A stretch of DNA of 64,000 bases from positions 131,616 to 195,615 of the forward strand of contig RDEW01000038.1 of assembly GCA_011109175.1 (NCBI GenBank), read 5' to 3'. The translations under genes and the position numbers were made by a program. Source of the stretch: Dicyema japonicum (Eukaryota; Animalia; Dicyemida). Below the pieces are notes generated by a model. The model was given only the letters and a program-made list of their open reading frames with translations, searched no databases and was not told the DNA's origin. Positions 36,140 to 48,869 of this stretch are shown here, in pieces (the first letter of the stretch is position 1; the number at the start of each line of letters is the position of its first letter).

Positions 36140-37335
36140 GGTCAATAAACCTCAAGAGACTGATAAAAATAAAGAAGCATATTTGAATGAAATGCATTGG
36201 TGTCCTCTTGGAAATTGGCATCGACGTGGAGAAATCTGCAATCAAGTTTTAACTCAAGAATTTCTGTAGTTTATTATTTAATATTGTAGAAACAGCATCA
36301 CCCAACCTGAGGTTAAAATTATCATTTTATATTTAAGGATCCTCAATCAAATAATTAGTTTCTTGTTTGGCTTCTTTTCTCGGCATTTAGTTATTTTCAC
36401 GATTTTCTGTTAAAATAAAATTTTTGGATTAAATTGTTTCCCATTAATAGAATAGTCTTCTAACATCAAAGTTTCAACATATTTTTGATTGCCAATTATT
36501 CGAGTGATTAATTGGTTGGAAGGTTGAGGTGGTGGCATACCTCTATTGCATCAAATGTCTACCTTGCTTTATGATGTGAAAGCATTTGCTTTCGTTCTTC
36601 CTGTGAGCATGGACAAGGTAATTGATTTTATATATATTGGAAATCCCAAGTTTCGAATGAACGTAGAATGCGGGTTCGAACCTTGGTCAGCACAAAATTG
36701 AATAAATTTGAAGGATCATCTATCATAAGCTCACATATAAGATAGTTAATATGTTGTTGGTGAAATGTAAATTCTTTAGAATAATGTTTACATGTAAAAA
36801 TTGTTGTGATATTGTTTTTGGGAGTTAATAAGTAACCATATAATGATGGTACCGAAGAAAAAACATCTTCTAGATACTTTTGATTCAAGAGGAGTATCTT
36901 TTGTGCAGTCTTCTAAGGTTTGTTTCTATGATACAAGATTTATAAATGAAAAATATGTTCGTGATGAGTACAATCACATTGTCTTCAACATTAATTAGAT
37001 CAGGTTATCAAGAATAAATAATTAATTGATTTTAAACCCAGCAGATGCCGGTAACTGTGGAACAGATTTAGGTTTGTCTCATAATGAAGTGATCCGTTAA
37101 GAAAGAGGAGTCGTGTCTAATATTAAAGGTGGAACAATTTTATCCTTTTTAAGTAACACGGAATAAAACATAGCAATTTTTAGATTTGGGGGATCGTATT
37201 TTTTTCCAAAGATTCGGATCCAGTACGGGTTTATATATTTTGGTGGAATTAAATACAATGTATTGTATACAAAAAAGTTGTTTTTTATTCTTGTCCTTAT
37301 AATACCATTGTAAATATATTCATTGTTTTTATTTT
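36140..37335 (-). pseudogene. Unknown intronless gene family, copy C
   Basis: Inverted homolog of copy B; contains ORF 36628-36888 (..TCKHYSKEFTFHQQHINYLICELMIDDPS..). Confidence 0.7.
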
Positions 37336-37339
37336 TATT

Positions 37340-37740
37340 TAACCCATGACCACGTTAAAACCAAACTAATTATCACGTGATCCCGATGCATTCTAACAAA
37401 GACCTCATCTTTGCCCGGTGATCTTCCTTCGTGCCCTCACATAAACGTACAGGACAGCTGCCTGAATTTTCAAAGCCACCGTCCCGTGATCTGGAGTCTA
37501 GTCTCATAAGGGCCTCCAGAGGCGTAGGTCCGGTTTGGTGATCTTCACAAATCAAACGCTTCGTGACTCTGTAACCCTCTTTTGCATTTCCTAAATTTTC
37601 CTCATATTTGTCCATAATATGGACGGTCTCCATGAGGCCCATGCGTATGAGAAACATGGCTTGATGTACTGTTTGTACACGTTCATCAAGACTGGGTGAC
37701 TACCACTCTTTCACATTCTCGATAAACTCCCATTTCAATA
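37340..37740 (-). mobile_element. LINE 3' end
   Basis: ORF 37373-37657 ending EDHRAKMRSLL; matches 19241-19445. Confidence 0.7.
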
Positions 37741-38029
37741 GAATGTTTTTCTACGTGTGGTGTCAAATTGTTAGAGATTTTATTTACCTGTATTTTGAAG
37801 TTGAACAGATACTCCAGGTTGAAGTATTGCAGGAAATGTCTGTACTTCATCAAAATGAATTCGACCTCGTTTCACTTTTTTTGAATGGATGAAATATCTG
37901 GGCCAGCTGATAAAAGATGTTTCTGAACGAGAAAGCGTCAAATACAATATGCTCTGGGTTTGAATCTCGTCCGGTACAAGTTTGGGGAACTTGGACAAAT
38001 TTACTTTGAGAAGTAACAAAGGAATTATT

Positions 38030-38240
38030 TATGTTATTAATTCCTATGCATTCTTAGGAATAATATTGATATTCCTGGTAAACAAAATTGTTGGATCATA
38101 TTTGATTGATTCTACGTTTAGAATTTTTGCATGAAGAGGTATTAATTGATGACAATTGTAAAAGATGCTTGATGGATCGTCATCGTTCAATGACTTTTGA
38201 GATTACGTACCTGAATAGAAATTGGGGAATGCCTATGTTA
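38030..38240 (-). pseudogene. Divergent fragment of the unknown gene family
   Basis: YVISK..NDDDPSSIFYN..LIPLHAKILNVESIKYD versus YLICELMIDDPSSSFNF..KIRTRILRASETWD. Confidence 0.5.
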
Positions 38241-38289
38241 TCAAAGTAAAAAAAATTTATTTCAAAACGGGATTAGAGTTAGGTTTAGG

Positions 38290-39600
38290 AATTTTAACTA
38301 GTCCGCCTTTGCGTCTCTATTATTAATTTGCGTTCTTGCGTAGGAATCCACGAATCCTGTTTTCCACAATCTGCTTCACTGAGTAAAGAATTCTGTCCTT
38401 TTCAGTTCTCAGGATCGTCGCGTGTCTTCTGCCTAGATCTAACTTTATGACTGATCTCCTAGACTTTTCCAGTAGTGAAAATATTCTTTCCTTCTTCTTA
38501 GATAGGTGTCACATCCAAATAACAGTTTTGGTAGGATTATTCTCATGAAAATGAAAAGGAAAGTGACGGCCATCTTGCCTGTGCAGAGGACCGCTTTTTC
38601 CTGATCAGCTTGATGTCATCAAGAAATGAGCCTTCCTGATCGACTACTACACTCAGGTAGCGAAGCGAGCAAACTCTTGGAATTCTTGCGTATACGACTA
38701 TACATTATGGCTTCGTGATCGGCTGATTCTTATAAAGTTTGACTTTTCTGTTGAGAGTTTCATCTCTCTCCAGACACACCAGTCTTGCACTCGGTCAATT
38801 AATATCCTGAGTCTTTTCTCTGAGAGCATCGACTTCCCTGACATATCCATGATTTTGATGTCGTCCGCGAATATTAATAGTTTAGAGTTAGGCTCCTACG
38901 GAATTGGAAAGTTTGATAAAAAGATGTTGAACAGTAAGGGGCTGCGGAACACCCCTCTTTAGTAAATCGTTTCCGGATACATTTCCTACGATGCGCACTT
39001 GAGAGGTCCGTTCTGTTGGGAATATGAGAAGTTGTTTTGGAATATCTGCAGCCACAAGCCTTGACAGGAAAACTTCATGTTACACGAAATTAAATGCCTT
39101 GGATAGGTGCAGGCACACCATGTTTTCTTGTCTCTTCAATCTCAATCCTTTAAGTAGTTCCAAATGCATTTGGTGGATACAATCAGTACAAGATTTTTCG
39201 TGACTAAACGCTCATTATTCCTCGAGGAGGAAATCGTTCTCTTCTATTTGTAGACTCAGCCTCTTGAAGACAATTCGCTTAATGATCTTGGAGATCGAGC
39301 AGATGATCTGATAGGCCTATAGTTGAAAGAATCCCTCCCCGAATTTCCTGGTTTTAGAATCTTCCTGACTACAACGATTTTCCATTATTTTGGGACATAT
39401 CCGTAATCAATGCTTGCGTTGAACAAGATCTTCAGGTCGATCAATAAGGCCTCCTGGCCTTCTTTAAACATCCTCATGCTAAGGTGATCATGGCCCGGAG
39501 CATTTGCTTTGTATATTCTGATTGCAACCACGACGTCCTCTAGGGTTATTTTCAGCTCGACATCCTTGAGGTCGTTCTTGTGAAACCTCCAACTCCTCAC
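38290..39600 (-). mobile_element. LINE RT remnant, same family as 11530-15030
   Basis: APGHDHLSM.MFKEG, FNASIDYGYVP, YRPI, PLLFNIF, IFADD. Confidence 0.85.
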
Positions 39601-39827
39601 ATGAGATCAACACCATTGCTAGGTTCCGGTTCTTGGTTGGAGATTGTTATTGGCATTCAGTTTGCGGATTTAGTCTTGTCTTCCTTCGTGAAGGATTTTA
39701 CCATTGCAGTTCCCGGAGGGCAAGAAGAGTTGCTATGTGTTGCTGCTCTCTTGTATATGTTTACTAATCGATCCCAGGAACGTCACAGGAAGTCTACGCT
39801 ATGAGATTTAATTTTGTTATTATTCAC

Positions 39828-40195
39828 ATGGTCTTGTGGTGTTTAGTATTTTACATTTCTATTGTTATTGTTGCCATTAGTCCCATTTTATGTATGGTAC
39901 ATTATATATATTAATGCCATACAATATATCCTCTTTCCCTGTCGTTCATTTTAAAAATAATTATTTGGGCAAAGCTACGAGGAACATATAATTTTCTATA
40001 GTTCCTCCAATTTTGGTTAGACGGGATTTGCATCCGATGCTTACTAGTATCGGAAAGTTTGTCCATCCAGTGTTTCCATATTTCGAAACTTCATTTTCCA
40101 ATGACTTTTGTCTTAATTATTAAAGCGATGGGGAGTTATATACAACGGAGATGAGAAAATTGTGGGTACAAGAGTTATTTACTAGTGCGCCATAT
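39828..40195 (+). pseudogene. Signal-peptide-like N-terminal gene fragment (paralogs at 42774-43080 and 44615-44802)
   Basis: MVLWCLVFYISIVIVAISPILC, then PILVRRDLHPML..IGKF.HPV.P.FET; interrupted by hAT sequence. Confidence 0.5.
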
Positions 40196-41120
40196 TCAAC
40201 TCCTTGTTTTTGTTCAATATATGAACGATGAATTTAATATTGAAGATTTTCTTTGCTGCAAGGAGTTGCTCGGAGCAACAAATAGGTATGACATTTTCAA
40301 TCTTATAAATTCATAAGCGGAGTATCTTTTGGTCATATTTTGAGGATATAAAGTCGGATTGCAATCCATGTGTGGGTGTCTGCACTGATGGTGTTCCAGC
40401 AATGACTGTCAATTTAAAGGATTTTTTTCTATTGCGAAAAATAAGAATCTGAACATTATTCACACGCATTGTTTTCGACATGTACGAATAATTATTTTCC
40501 ATTCATATCAATTGAACTCAATACTTGGGTGAGGGATCCTTTTGCTGAGTACGAAATAACTGGAAATGAGATATCATTAAAATAGGAAGAACTTGCGTTT
40601 GTTTCAAGTAACAGAACGTTAAATTGGAATATTTACAGCTTGATATTGATTCGTTTTGGCTGATTGTAAAAATAGAACATCTCTTTCTGACAAACAAAGC
40701 TTTAAGAATTTTGGTTCAGTTTTCAACTACTTATCTATGTGAAAGTAGATTTTCTGAATTAACAAATATAAATCATAAAAACGCGTGAATCTACAGTATG
40801 TAGAATGACAAACAAAGCTTTAAGAATTTTGGTTCAGTTTTCAACTACTTATCTATGTGAAAGTGGATTTTCTGAATTAACAAATATAAATCATAAAAAC
40901 GCGTGAATCTACAGTATGTAGAATAAGACCTACGATTATCCCTGTCAAGGACAAGGCCAAATACCAAAGAGCTATGCAAGAGACATCAGCCTCAACCATC
41001 TCACTAATTAGCATTTTATTTTTTTATATTAGTAAAAACTGATAATTGTTAAAAACAATATAAGGGTTCTGTATAAAATGAAAAATGTCGATAGGCTCTC
41101 AAAAAGGTTGGGAACCACTG
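40195..41120 (+). mobile_element. hAT (Buster/ZBED8-like) transposase remnant with 3' TIR
   Basis: EDFLCCKEL, CVGVCTDG.PAM, THCF.H, SFW...KAL.ILVQFSTTYLCESGFS; TIR ends at 41120; about 118-bp tandem duplication at 40688-40925. Confidence 0.9.
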
Positions 41121-41384
41121 CTCTAGAGGTTATACTATAATGGTTCTATTAAGAGAATTTTCACAACTTGATGTTTAAAAAAAACAAAATTAAATATTCG
41201 CTTGCAACAATATTTTTTTGCAAAATTATATATTCGGTTGCAACATTATACATATTTTTTTACAAAATTAAATATTCGCTTGAAACATTAATCTTTTTTA
41301 CCGCATAAAGTATAAAATCAAATATCTTATAATATTCGAACATTAAACTATTATAATGGTCATTTTTGTAATTTTTACTATTTT

Positions 41385-42560
41385 AGGTCAATAAACCTCA
41401 AGAGACTGAAAATAATAAAGAAGCATATTTGAATGAAATGCATTGGTGTCCTCATGGAAATTGGCATCGACGTGGAGAAATCTGCAATCAAGTTTTAACT
41501 CAAGAATTTCTGTAGTTTATTATTTAATATTGTAGAAACAGTATCACCCAACCTGAGGTTAAAATTATCATTTTATTTTTAAGGATCCTCAATCAAATAA
41601 TTAGTTTCTTGTTTTGGCTTCTTTTCTCGGCATTTAGTTATTTTCACGATTTTCTGTTAAAATAAAATTTTTGGCTTAAATTGTTTCCCTTTAATAGAAT
41701 AGTCTTCTAGCATTAAAGTTACAATATATTTTTTCTTACCAGTTATTCGAGTGATTAATTGGTTGGAGTGTTGAAATGGTGACATACTACTATTGCATTA
41801 AATGTCTACTTTGCTTTATGATGTGAAAGCATTTGCTTTCGTTCTTCCTGTGAGCATGGACAAAGTAATTGATTTTATATATATTGGAAATCCCAAGTTT
41901 CGAATGAACGTAGAATGCGGGTTCGAACCTTGGTCAGCACAAAATTGAATGAATTTGAAGGATCATCTATCATAAGCTCACATATAAGATAGTTAACATG
42001 CATGTTGTTGATGAAATGTAAAATCTTTAGAATAATGTTTACATGCTAAAAATTGTTATGGTATTGTTTTAGGGAGTTAATATGTAACTATATAATGTTG
42101 GTACTTAAGAAAAAGCATTTAATAGTTACTGTTGTTCAAGCGGAGTATCTTTGGGCAGTCTTCTAAGTTTTGTTCCCATAGTCAAGATCCTATTATAGAA
42201 AAATATATCGTGATCAATATTAATTAGATCAGGTTATCAAGAATAAACAATTAATTGATTTTAAACTCATCAGAAGCCGGTATTTGTGAAACAGATTTAG
42301 TTTTGTCTCATAATGAAGTGATCCATTATGAAGAGGAATCGTGTCTAATATTAAAGGTAGAACAATTTTATTTTTGTTATGTAACACGGAATAAAACAGC
42401 CAATTTTTATGATTTGGGCGATCGTATTTTTTCCAGAGACTCGTATCTAGTACGGGTTCATATAGTTTGGTGGAGGGAATGAATACATTGTATTGTAAAA
42501 AAAGAGTTTTTTGCATTCTTTCTTTATAATACCCATTGTAAATATTTTCATTGTTTTTAT
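41385..42560 (-). pseudogene. Unknown intronless gene family, copy D
   Basis: Inverted homolog of copy B; contains ORF 42229-42516. Confidence 0.7.
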
Positions 42561-42773
42561 TTTTTAATTAACCCACGACCAGGGTAAAACCAAACTAATT
42601 ATCACGTGATCCCGATGCATTCTAACAGAGACCTCATCTTTGCCTGGTGATCTTCCTTTTTACCAATCGATCCCAGGGACGTCACAAAAAGTCTACGTTA
42701 TGAGATTTAATTTTGTTAATATATATAATAAAATATATTTTATATTACTTAAAATTTAAATTATATTTTTCAC

Positions 42774-43080
42774 ATGGTCTTGTGGTGTTTAGTATTTTAT
42801 ATTTCTATTGTTATTCTTGCCATTAGTCCCATCTTATGTATCGTACATTATAGATATATTAATGGCATACAATATATCCTCTTTCCCAGTCCCTCATTTT
42901 AAAAATAATTGTTGGGTAAAGCTACGAGGAACATATAATTTTCTATATTGAGTACTATCTTATGTATCGTACATTATAGATATATTAATGGCATACAATA
43001 TATCCTCTTTCCCAGTCCCTCATTTTAAAAATAATTGTTGGGTAAAGCTACGAGGAACATATAATTTTCTATATTGAGTA
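42774..43080 (+). pseudogene. Signal-peptide-like fragment with an internal tandem duplication of about 126 bp
   Basis: MVLWCLVFYISIVILAISPILCIVHYRYINGIQYILFP; about 42831-42956 repeated at 42957-43082. Confidence 0.5.
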
Positions 43081-43204
43081 CTAGTGCTTTAGCTTTACTA
43101 GAAGTTGCCTGTAATTATATTTTATATTTGAATATGTTACAGGCGCTACGTGTTACATAATGCTCAAATTTACAATTTCAAGCATTTTTTATAAAACTTT
43201 ACAC

Positions 43205-43457
43205 ATGTCTGAGGTGGAGAAAAAAAGGAAGTATGACTTTCAAACGAGATAGGGCAGATGCTTGGTTGCAAGGTCCTCGTTATTCCTATAGTAATGACGT
43301 GGGAAGGAATTGCAACAAAGTACCACAAGGGTTATCTGATGCAGTTGGGGGTAGATAGGAAGCTCCAGGTCTATCCACAGTCCACTGTGTTAAAGCGGAC
43401 CCTAGAGAGCCTGGCACTGGAGTATAGGAGGAAGAGCCTTGAGATGCCATATGGGCA
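43205..43457 (+). mobile_element. Second fragment of the R4/Dong element
   Basis: Near-identical to 33063-33313. Confidence 0.9.
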
Positions 43458-43489
43458 TATTTCTCTGATAATCATGAAGAGATGAAATT

Positions 43490-43780
43490 AGTGGCCTTGC
43501 AAATTCATCAATTGACCCATTGTGGACACAACACATTGGAACAATATTGCAATGAAAGATTTTTTTCGTGATAAGAGAAATTATTCGGAAACTGGTGTCA
43601 GAATGTGACATTCCATGTCAGAGCATTATGTGACTGCTTCAGCGTCTAACAAATTTATAGTAGGCCTAACAATCGAAGGAGTCTAGGGATTATCGAACGC
43701 TTCAATCAGACAATCACAAGATCACGATTTAAGATGATGTCCGAAGATAAGTGTTGGACTAAAAACATAAAGGAAGCAGT
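43490..43780 (+). mobile_element. Retroviral-type integrase remnant (Ginger/Gypsy-like)
   Basis: HQLTHCG...IIRKLVSECD (HHCC-like) and GIIERFNQTI. Confidence 0.6.
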
Positions 43781-43879
43781 TGGAGTGGAATAATGTATGG
43801 AGTGGACATGACGTTAATGATAATTGATTCAATCCACGACAATAAAACGAGCGAAAATTCGATAAATCGCACATATTGG

Positions 43880-44110
43880 CGGGATTTTCCGTTCGACATC
43901 GGAGCGTATCTCTAACTTCCGGCTTGAGGAATACTCACGGAAGCAGGCCAAACTGGCAGTCAGACTCGGAAAAATTTCCCTCCCTGTATATCTCTCGTCG
44001 CTAATGGCCTGTAGCATCTTTGTCATGAGGATTCTACACTCCCTCCTTGAATTCTCTCCATACCAGGACGTTGTTCATGCTCATGAGGCCTGGAGCCGTA
44101 CCTATTAGTT
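43880..44110 (+). mobile_element. CRE-clade post-RT fragment
   Basis: QAKLAVRLG...LPVYLSS. Confidence 0.45.
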
Positions 44111-44899
44111 TTCTCAACCTTCCATGATCATTACAAAAACACATATGAAACGCATCAAAAAATAATTAAAGGTGAATAATTTTTACATGATCTTAATTTT
44201 AAATTAATAAAAAAAAATTTTTCCCAATATCTTTTTAGGAAGCTTTTGCAGCTCTGGGAAATACTCAATGAACCTCATTCCAAAATCGGGCAGATTATTT
44301 TCGTAGTGTTTTAGTTTGAACTTAACTTTTAAACTCCGGCAGAAGCACTTAGAATTGTTTTTATATATACTAAAACTCTTATTGAATTGAATTTTTTATT
44401 ATATAGTTATATTTAAAGCAAGTTCTTATCAATTATAATTGTAACAAATTCTAAAATTTTATAAAAAATTCTTACTTAAGTCCACTAGTGTAACACGTAG
44501 CGCCTGTGACAGAATAAGTCACATAAAGCGTCTATACTAGCTATTAAGTTTATTTTTGAGAAGTAATAACTAACAATTTTTGTATTCCTACTTAATGGGC
44601 ACCGGTTCAAGTTCTTCCAATTTTGGTCAGACGGGATTTGCATCCGATGCTTAGAGGCATCGGAAAGTTTTCCCATCCAGTGCCTCCATGTTTCGAAACT
44701 TTATTTTACAATGTCTCTTGTCTTAATTAATAAAGGGGTGAGTAGTTATATACAACGGAGATGTGGGAATTGTGGGTACAAGAGCTTTTTACTAGTGCGC
44801 CATAGATACGTCATTACATCAATTTTCAGAGAAAAGTGCCAATATGTAAAAAACTCGGTTCCCTTCTAGGAAAAAATGAGGATATTATACGAAGAAAAC

Positions 44900-45260
44900 C
44901 TTGGAAAATGCGGCTATGACAATTCAGCAACGTGTGGAACGCCGAAAGCAGATCTTAACAGACTTGACAGATGCCACAGACTTGACAGATGCCAAAGACT
45001 TGAGCTGCGGAAAATAACAGGCATCTATTGGGCAAAGAAGATAAACAACAAGACTCTTTACAAGCCCTTTAAATGCTGGCTGATAAGCGAGGAAAAAAAT
45101 GAAGGTCTCCGTACTGACAGCCATCTTGCGTATGCAGAGGAGCGATTGCAACGCTTTTTTCTTGCTCAGCTTGATGTCCTCCATAAATGAGCCTTCCTGG
45201 TCGACTACTACACCCAGGTAGCGAAGCGAGCGAACTCTTGGAATTCCTAGCGTACGGAAG
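44900..45260. mobile_element. RTE fragment (+, 44900-45100) fused to a Jockey-like LINE fragment (-, 45100-45260)
   Basis: LDRCQRLELRKITGIYW.KKI.NK.LY; 45180-45255 matches 38625-38695. Confidence 0.7.
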
Positions 45261-45944
45261 ATTTTTTTTAATCAAAATGAACTAGGGGCTTTCGTGGAAG
45301 GAAGAAACTACACTTCCTCTATGTCTGGATCAAGATTATGTCAAACTGGTGGGAAAATGATAACAGTAGACCTCGATGAACTAAGGAAAAGTGCGTGGAG
45401 GTAAGTTGCAAGGAGAAAACGGATAGTAAATAGTACGGCAGAAGCGGAACCCTAAGTGCTTATGGGTAATGAGGGAGCTAGTTATTAACCCCGACCTTTC
45501 TACCTTGTAGGAGGCCGACCATCCTCAGGCACTGAACAGATAGTGTTGGTAGTGGGAAGTACTTTATTTATTCATTTAATAACCCCGAGAAGGGAACACC
45601 AAGAAAGAAGGAGGGGAAGTACTTTAACTAACTAATCAATTAATTCCCACTATTTTGAAATCTAAAAAATTATGTAACAATATTAAAGTAACAAACTCAA
45701 AAGACAATGGAAACCCTAAGTTCTGAATAAATGAAGTGTCAGGTACATAGTGGATCCGAGTTTGAATCTCGCCCATACCAAATTTGAATGAACTCGGAAT
45801 ATCATCCTTCTGCAGTTGACATATATTCTATATGTACTGCTAATAATAATGCATGGAGAGAAATTGTTTTATGCTTGAAATCTAGTCTTGTTGACTGACA
45901 CAGAAAATTAGTTTTTATTATATAGACAAGTCAATGTTTTCATT

Positions 45945-48062
45945 ATCTTACATTTTTTGTTTTTTGGAAAATATTTCTTTGTATTTCGCTTTTGGATATT
46001 TTAGATTCATTGGTTTTATTATTTGTGGAATTTTCGCCACTTTCAGTATTATTCACTTCAATAAAAGTTTTAAGTGGAGGTTTTGGAATATATTTGTCAC
46101 CAAGGATTCCGACAGGAATGACTTTCTTATCAAATATGGTGGTGGTCTTTCCTCTTTTTGAGGCTGCATCTGTTTACTAAGTATTAAGTTAGCATTTTTT
46201 TTGCTGATTTGCAATTGCTTAAATAATCAAATCCCTGTAATCAAGGGATATCTAATATTAATAGAATTATTACTTAATGGTAAATACTCTTGGGGGTAAT
46301 TACTTTAGTCCCATCATTACTGTAGTATATTTTATTAGGATCGTAATTAATATTCTAAAATAGTGCAACAATCCAACCACTTTAATATTATCAATAAATT
46401 TACGTGTCTCCATTTTTAAAGAATCCGAAACTTTCTTGTGTATGTTTGACTTCCTAGGTCAATTAATATCACAATGAGTGATTAAGTGATTAACAGACGT
46501 TGGATGGCTCATTTTATTGCGGGAACTGTCTTAAGTTTTTCGTTTTTTTTTCTCGGTGATACCGGGGTTCTAAATAAATAAGTGCTTTATGTTCAAAACA
46601 AGGATTTTCTGGTTTATTAGCATTTAGAATACCATGAAAACGAGTATTAAAAGTTGAATGGTTAATCGGCCAGTTTTCCCTTTAAAGTGATTTTAATGAC
46701 TCACCAAAACATTTTCCTTCCGATCATGAACAGTAGCTCACCACCAATCAGTTCAGAGTGTACCCATTTGAATTTAATTTAGAAATATTTTTTTAAATAC
46801 TTCAGAAAATTTATTGTCAGACAAATTTTGTAAAAAATTAATAAAATAAAAATTATAGCTTTTATGTTGTATTGTTGTCATCTCTTTCTGAACAAAATGA
46901 TTTACAAGATCCCTCACTGACCTCAGATTTAGAAGTCTTCCCGGGAGATGAAATAGAAAACATATTCTGCACAGAAAATCCTTAAATCAAAAAAATACAA
47001 AACCAGAACTATTATCGTTATTCCCACTTTTGGAGGGCACCAGAGTCTTCTCCATTAAGTGAGATTTTTTATCCTTTATACCACCTAGACGAAAAGTAAT
47101 GTGTTCCTTGACCAATTTGGTAACGTATTTACTAAGTGTGACTGATTCAGCAAGCACATGGAAACTTTCTTTCTTAAAATTTTCCGACAAGATGCATTTC
47201 TTAATAACAATTTCTTTCCCATGTGACTGGATGTCTTTAAGTTCATTCCAAAAAATCTTCGAAACGTTAGAATTTCCTTTCAGAAGTATACAATTCGTAA
47301 GAATAATCAAGGAACAGTCCATCCCATCAAGTGACTAACAAACAATTAACAAGCCTCACTTTTAACAAGTAAGAGTCTCCACCATAATATTCTAGTTCCA
47401 TAGCACGTTCAAGAAACCTTTCCAAACCAAGTTTTTCTGAGAGTCCTCTGAAAACTAATTTATAGGAATACTTCAGTTTAGAGTACATTGTCAATGTCTC
47501 CTCATCAGAAATATTGGTTTCTCCCAGAGAAAAATTTGAACGGGGTAGATTCTCCTCTAAATGTTCACCAAACTCAACTAGAATGGCCACGTAAAAATTA
47601 CTTATTAGAGAATGGGCCATCAGGAATGTCATGGATTCAGGGGGCATTGGAAGTCGATTTGAGTAAATATCGCTTCGAATTTGCAAATACATAAAATAGC
47701 TGAAATTAGTATTAAATTATTTTTATAAACCGAGTTTTTTGGTGGGTTATTTTGGTCGGGTCCATTGGATAAAATTTAAGACACAAATATAACATTTCAA
47801 ATTTGAAGAATTCTAAAATTATGTGAATTATAACTTTTTTGTTGAGATTTGACTGATTTGTTTAGTTTTAACCAAAGTCCGACTCCTTGTGGAGTCACAT
47901 ATTTTAAGCCAAAGCATGTTGCAAACTCTGACACCCCCATTTTCTTAGATAAAGTGTTTAAGATGTATTCTCCTTCTAAATAAGACTCGAATATTGTTTT
48001 TAAGTTACAGGAAAAGAATATGTTTCTCCGTTGAGCAAGACAGTCTCCACAACAGAACACAT
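45945..48062 (-). CDS. Band 4.1 / FERM-domain protein with micro-introns; 3' boundary uncertain
   Basis: VLLNGE, FGLKY...WLKLNKSVKSQ, LKFYPMDP..I....TRYFMYLQIRSDI..NRLP, EFGE, FLERAMELEYYG, IFWNELKDI...GKE.VIK; further short exons down to about 45945. Confidence 0.85.
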
Positions 48063-48379
48063 TGAATAAGTTTTACCGCCAAATTTAAATCTTAAAAATA
48101 TTATATCTAATAAATAAAAAAATTGTTAAAAATATCGATATTTCTAAAGGAAGTTTAGAATATCCTGATATAACCGTAGTAGATAAAAACAGACTTTGAT
48201 AGGGATATAACAGTCCTTTTGAACATTATCTCAAGACATGTGACATCAAAAGGATTCAATCGATTATGAAATTCGTCAGACTACATCCGATTATTTAGAG
48301 GATGAAATTTTATAGTATAATCAAAAAGGTTCTAATTTCATATAAAAATGAGAATATTTTGTTCCAATTCTTGAAATGA

Positions 48380-48700
48380 TTCACGCCGACATAATCGACG
48401 GTATGTTTAGGATTTAAAAGGAGATCAACTAGAGAAGTCGTTGGGTCTCACGTGTGTCGTGGCTCTTTGAGTGTGGCCAGATTTTCCAGCTACTTAAAAA
48501 AAACGAAGTGATATCCCGCTTATTTTTCCAAATATCTCATCTACGATAGGTCAAACACCACTAGGTATTTTTTGACAGCGTGTCTACCGCATTCCCGATA
48601 ATGTTGGGTCGATATATTGGGTCGATGGATGTGGCATCCTATACCTATGGCTTCCTCTTTTAGGATAAAAAGATTATCCAGGCAACCGTTTTCCGCCTTT
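48380..48700 (-). mobile_element. CRE-clade 3' fragment
   Basis: Aligns with 2960-3110 and 31370-31640. Confidence 0.7.
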
Positions 48701-48869
48701 TCCGTTCAAGGAGGGTTACAACAGTCAAATAGTGTATCAAAAAACATAAAAAATGCATTGATGTAGACAACTTTCTGAGAAACAATTCAACAGACAGTGC
48801 TGTCATTCAAAAATAAAGTACTGTAAAGTCCTTTAAATTGGCCAAAAATTGTTCCTGAACTATTTTTGA

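Noticed and set aside
36665-36690. tRNA gene suggested by GGGTTCGAACC (also 41920 and related sites)
   Set aside because: No cloverleaf or A-box; it is the antisense of the family coding segment KVRTRI.
37780-38019. Similarity between 37950-37990, 45760-45800 and 30370-30400 (GRDSN) as a host gene family
   Set aside because: More consistent with decayed C-terminal ends of LINE ORF2; no intact frame.
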